DNA of 64,000 nucleotides, taken from Macrostomum lignano. Its lineage: Eukaryota. Below are positions 58,842-64,000 of this stretch, in pieces (within the stretch, counting starts at the first letter, position 1; the number at the start of each line of letters is the position of its first letter). The position numbers and the translations under genes are program-made. The notes under the pieces are model-generated. The model saw nothing but the letters and a program-made list of their open reading frames with translations. It was not told the origin of the DNA and ran no database searches. The stretch spans positions 62,001-126,000 of the forward strand of contig NIVC01002837.1 in NCBI GenBank assembly GCA_002269645.1. Direction: 5' to 3'.

Positions 58842-61800
58842 TGCCCGGTAAGGCAGTTCGCGCTGCTGAAACCGGAAATCGCAATCGCAGACCCGCCAGG
58901 AGCACCCGGAGGTCCGGCCTGATCCAGCGCGCGCTGGACCAGGCCAAGAACCTTCGTGCGCATCGTGAGCGGGCCCGCGCTTCTCGCGCTCCACCCCAAC
59001 AGCCAGAAGGCCAGACTCTAAGCGGGGAGGCTCCGACCGACTGGTTCGAGTCTGTGACTCACCAGGAGGCTGGCGCCACCCGCATCGACCTGACCGACGA
59101 GGCAGAGGGGACGGGCAGTGATAGCACCGAAGCACGCAGGGGAGGCGACGGTAACGTCCACGCTGGGCTCACGTCCGCGGAGGACTCCACAGCCACCCTA
59201 ACTGCTGAGGACGCTGAAACTCCCATGGAGGTCTGCGGGTCACCCACCACTGAAAAGGAGGAGGATGACCTGCTCAACGATTCCCCAACTGCGTGATAAT
59301 GATCAGCAACCAGGGAATCCATTGCCTGCAGATTAATCTGCAGCACTGCGTCGCAGCATCGGTCAACCTTATGCGTTACGCCGAGCTCGACAAGCCGGGG
59401 CTCATCCTCGTCCAGGAACCCTGGACTCTCAGAGGTAAGCCTCAAAACGCCCCTGCTGGCTACAATTGTTTTTATACTTACCCTCGCGAGGCCAACCAGC
59501 CTCCCAGAGCTTGCATCTTTGCGAGCAAAACGCTCAGTGCGTGGCTCAGATCGGACCTGTCCAACAGGGACATCTGCGTCATCCAATCCGAGGACCTTCT
59601 TCCTGGGAAGACCACCCTCATTGCCTCGGTTTACCTACCAGGCGATGCTGCGGTCGTCCCCAGAGCCCTCGCTACGCTGGTAGAGCTCTGCTCTGCCAAA
59701 AACTACGAGCTCATGGTTGCCGGCGACATCAACGCCCACCACACTCACTGGGGCAGCACTGGCATTAATCAGAGAGGCGAAGACCTCCTAGCCTACGTTG
59801 CCTCTACGACCCTCGAGTTCTGCAACTCTGGGTCCACCCCTACCTTTGACAACGGACGGTGGTCGGAGGTGATCGACGCTACGCTCGCAACGCCCAGACT
59901 CTACCAGAGTATTGGGGCGTGGCGGGTGCTTCCAGTGTCCTCACTCTCGGATCACAAGTTCATCTCCTTCAACCTAATGGCCGCGCGTAGCGCAACTCGT
60001 GTTACGTGGAGACGGAACGCCAGAAATACTGATTGGGAAACCTTCGGGCTCGCCCTGAATTAATTCCATCGGTCTCCTGGCCAACCATCCACGATCACGT
60101 CGGGCCGAGAGGCGGATGAGTGCGCGACTGTTTTGAAAGAGACGCTAACCGCCGCCTTTGAGGCGTCCTGCCCTTTAAAAGCCTATAAAGGGAAAAAATC
60201 GGCGCCGTGGTGGAATCCCGAGCTCGGCAACCTCCGTCGCAGGGCTAAGAGACTCCACCGCAGAGCAACTAAAACTAAGAGCCCAGCGGACCAAACCGCC
60301 TATCATGAAGCAATCATGAGTTTAAAAGGCAGGTTAGGAATGCAAAGGCTCAAAAATGGCGACAATACTGTGAGGAGCTAGAGGGCTCACGCCCCACCTC
60401 CAGAGTTGTGAAAGCGCTCACGCTGGACAAAATGTCTAAGCTCTCCTCGGTCAAACGCACCGACGGTACGTCCACGGACAACCCAGGGGAAACGCTTGAT
60501 GTAATGCTCACTGCGTTTTTCCCCAACGAGCCAGCTAACCAGACCACTCCGGATCACTCGGAGGGAGGTCACGCGCTGGCTGCCTCTATCATCACGGAGG
60601 ACCGCATCGTGAGAGCGGCAAATTCCTTCAAGCCTTTCAAAGCCCCAGGACCCGACGGCATTGTACCGGCCCTCCTAAGAGAGGCGGTTGAATGCCCAGG
60701 CTTCCTGCGCAAACTTTGCAGCCTTCTTCGGGCATGCATCACGCTTGGTTATGTCCCACAGGCATGGACCGAGGCAAAGGTGATCTTAATCCCTAAGCCA
60801 GGCCGCCCGGACTACCATTCTATCAAATCCTTCAGACCGATCAGCTTGACCTCCTCCCTGGTCAAGCTGATGGAGAGACTGGTGCTTTGGCGCCTTCTCT
60901 CTGTTGAGCTGAAGAACAAACCTCTCAGCGAGAACCAGCACGCTTTTCGGGCGGGTCGCTCCACTGAAAGCGCGCTGCACGTCCTGGTCGATAAACTCGA
61001 GAAGGCCGTGCTTGGTAATGGCTTTGCTCTGGGGATCTTCCTGGACATCATTGGCGCCTTCGATAACGTCCTTTTTGAGGCGTTCCGAAGAGCTCTTTGT
61101 GAGAGGCAAACGCACTCACATCTCACCAGATGGATCATGTACATGATCAGCCATCGCACGGCCACCGCCAGTCTGCTGGGCTACCAGAGGACGGTCCCCG
61201 TCTGCAAAGGTAGCCCGCAAGGTGGGGTGCTGTCTCCAGTTCTCTGGAATATGGTCATCGATGAGCTCCTCCGGGATGTTCGGCCTGACCCCATTCTGAA
61301 AGTTGGATATGCGGACGATGTCACCGCGGTGGCATCTGGTCCGTCCCCTGATACCCTCAGGGACCTTCTTCAGAACTTTATCTACGCCGCTGAGCAATGG
61401 GCGGACCGCTGTGGTTTAAGGCTCTCTGAGACTAAGACCGCAGCGATCATGTTCACCAGCAGGACCAAGTGGCGGATTCGGCCGCTCACGCTTTACGGAA
61501 GGGAAATCCCCTTCTGCAAGTAGACTAAATGTCTGGGTATTACCCTGGACCACAGGCTGAACTGGTCACCCCACGTTCAAACAAAAGCCAAAAAGGCCTT
61601 CGCAGTCCTCGCGCAATTGCGCAGGGCTGTCGGCACCACCTGGGGGCTCACCCCCAAGCGCCTCTGGTGGATCTACACTGCAATGGTTAGGCCCGCTATC
61701 TCGTATGGCGGCCTGATCTGGGCTAGCGCCCTGCAGATAAAGACCTGTCTAGAGGCTCTCAGGAGAGCGCAAGGGCGCGCATGTCGCACGATCATGAGCG

Positions 61801-63112
61801 CCCTCCGTCTGCTCCTTACGATGGCCTCAACGCCTTCCTCAACATTCCTCCGCTGGACATCTTTGTCCGCAGGGAAGCGGCTAAGACTGCCCGCCGTCTA
61901 GCTGACGCTGGCATTCGAATCCAGCCCCATAGGGCCATGGCTAAGCGCAAGCTTCTGCCCCACGCTGACCTCTGCCTCAAGGACTTGAGAGACAGCGGCG
62001 GGCTCCACGTCCTATCTGACGGCGAACCCCGCACTCTCAACCTCTTTCAGCGCTACAAGGTCACCATCCCCTCTAGGGATGCTGCCAATGACCACTGGAA
62101 TTTCCAGGAGGTCCATTGCTACACGGACGGATCCATCAAAGACGGTCGCGCCGGCTTTGGGGTCTGCATCATCATCAACGGCCGCGTAATTGCCACGCAT
62201 GCCCAGCACACTGGTAGACTCTCCACAGTCTTCCAGAACGAAGTCCTTGCCATCAGCTCTTGCGCTGCAGAGCTGAACGCCAAGGTTACGAGAGGAAAGA
62301 CTATTGTCATCCACTCCGACAGCCAAGCGGCCTTACAGGCCCTTTGCCACACCACAAGGAACTCCCGGACAGTCGCCGACTGCGCCCGGCAGCTCAACCT
62401 CCTGGCCAGAAGCAATACTGTCAGGCTGAAGTGGATCCCAGGGCACGCAGGGTTTCCGGGGAACGAGCTGGCAGACACCCTCGCCAAGAGGGGCGGCTCT
62501 GGCTCTTTCTTCGGCCCTGCCCCCCTGGTCCCTATGCCCTTGACAGTCATCAAACGTCAGATCGACGACTGGGCTGACTCCCTCCACAGGGACAGATGGG
62601 CGGGCACCCAAAACTGCCGGCAATCTCGTGCCGCGGTTCCTTGCCCGTCTCACAGACTCAGAAACATCCTTCTGAACCAGAATCGGAAGGATATTCGAGC
62701 CCTTGTCATGACCCTCACCGGCCATGGCTACCTCGCCAGGCACTGCTTCCTCCGAGGCGACCTCGAGAGCGAAATTTGCCCCTTTTGCGAGTGCGACAAT
62801 GAAGATGCTCAGCACTTTGTCTGTCACTGCCCTTTCTTTAACAGAGACCGGCTACGCTACCTCGGGCCGAACCCGTCCATTGACGAGGTCTGCCAGCCCG
62901 ACAGCATCCCACGGCTCATCCAGTTCCTTCGGGCGACTAGACGAGCCAGTTTCTTCCCAACGGAAGATCACGCTGCAGGACGGACCGGCGGACCACCCTG
63001 ACCGGCCCCACGCCTCTGCCTGTCTGCGGGCCTTCAGGGGCTAGCGGAATGGGCGACCCTCGCCTCCCCGCTGTGTCTACGGACCACCCTGCAGCTAAGT
63101 CAAGTAAGTCAA
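58842..63112 (+). mobile_element. 5'-truncated, disrupted LOA-like LINE (different subfamily from copy 1), antisense in an intron
   Basis: ORF1 3' fragment (58842-59296), ORF2 homologous to copy 1, same 3' UTR and TAAGTCAAG tail; ~165-187-bp flanking duplication. Confidence 0.95.
59299..63001 (+). pseudogene. Disrupted LINE ORF2 (APE-RT-RNase H-CCHC)
   Basis: Stops at 60061-60063 and 61521-61523 and 1-nt deletions near 60320 and 61810, judged by alignment to copy 1. YADD, YTDGS and CPFC...HFVCHC are retained. Confidence 0.9.
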
Positions 63113-63163
63113 GAGGCTTTGGCGAGTGGATCTCTAGCAAATCTAAAAATAATTTCTTATATA

Positions 63164-63900
63164 TCTAACAACGGTGTCTAACAGATCTAACAACTGTGTC
63201 TAACAGATCGAACAACGTTGTCTAACAGATCTAACAACTGTGTCTAACAGATCTAACAACTGTGTCTAACAGATCTAACAACTGTGTCTAACAGATCTAA
63301 CAACTGTGTCTAATCGATCTAACAACTGTGTCTAACAGATCTAACAACTGTGTCTAACAGATCTAACAACTGTGTCTAATAAATCTAACAACTGTGTCTA
63401 ATCGATCTAACAACTGTGTCTAACAGATCTAACAACTGTGTCTAATAAATCTAACAACGGTGTCTAACAGATCTAACAACTGTGTCTAATAGATCTAACA
63501 ACTGTGTCTAACAGATCTAACAACTGTGTCTAACAGATCTAACAACTGTGTCTAACAGATCTAACAACTGTGTCTAACAGATCTAACAACTGTGTCTAAC
63601 AGATCTAACAACTGTGTCTAACAGATCTAACAACTGTGTCTAACAGATCTAACAACTGTGTCTAATCGATCTAACAACTGTGTCTAATAGATCTAACAAC
63701 TGTGTCTAACAGATCTAACAACGGTGTCTAACAGATCTAACAACTGTGTCTAATAAATCTAACAACTGTGTCTAACAGATCTAACAACTGTGTCTAACAG
63801 ATCTAACAACTGTGTCTAACAGATCTAACAACTGTGTCTAACAGGTTTATCAACTGTCTCTAACTGATCGAAAAATCTTATCTAACATTTTCAATAGGTC
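63164..63900. repeat. 22-bp minisatellite AGATCTAACAACTGTGTCTAAC (also 58704-58841, split by LINE copy 2)
   Basis: Period 22 on both sides of the insertion. Confidence 0.95.
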
Positions 63901-63922
63901 TAACAGGTCGAACGCAACTCAC

Positions 63923-64000
63923 GTGACTTCCCAGCTGCCCCGCCTCCGCAGCCGCCGCTGCCGCCGCCTCCTCGTCCGCCATCAGCTGTCGCTGCCGATC
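63923..64000 (-). CDS. Exon (partial, runs off the window) of an unidentified gene
   Basis: DRQRQLMADEEAAAAAAAEAGQLGSH followed by a GTGAGT donor; phase 0 matches the exon at 57678. Confidence 0.5.

Overview
Eukaryotic (animal) genomic DNA, not prokaryotic. Short GC-rich exons separated by introns packed with minisatellites resemble the flatworm Macrostomum lignano (inference only). Contents: (1) A full-length LOA-clade-like non-LTR retrotransposon at 139-6032 (+). It has DUF4780-like ORF1, an intact APE-RT-RNase H-CCHC ORF2 and a 13-bp TSD. Its first nucleotide coincides with the predicted cleavage site of a complete HDV-like self-cleaving ribozyme fold (139-385), the strongest finding here. 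(2) A diverged, 5'-truncated, disrupted relative at 58842-63112, flanked by an unusually long (~165-187 bp) target duplication and sharing a structured 3' UTR. (3) Four protein-coding genes: an LHFPL-family tetraspan (minus, 3 exons found), a C-type lectin + 4 Ig contactin-like ORF (minus), a CPED1-like gene (plus, 7 phase-consistent exons) and an unidentified minus-strand gene at the right end. (4) A non-autonomous foldback/MULE-like element with a 9-bp TSD (24221-25505). (5) About 33 distinct tandem arrays covering roughly 25 kb (~40%), most with 19-23 bp units. No rRNA, tRNA or CRISPR was seen. Most ORF-track entries are translated repeats.
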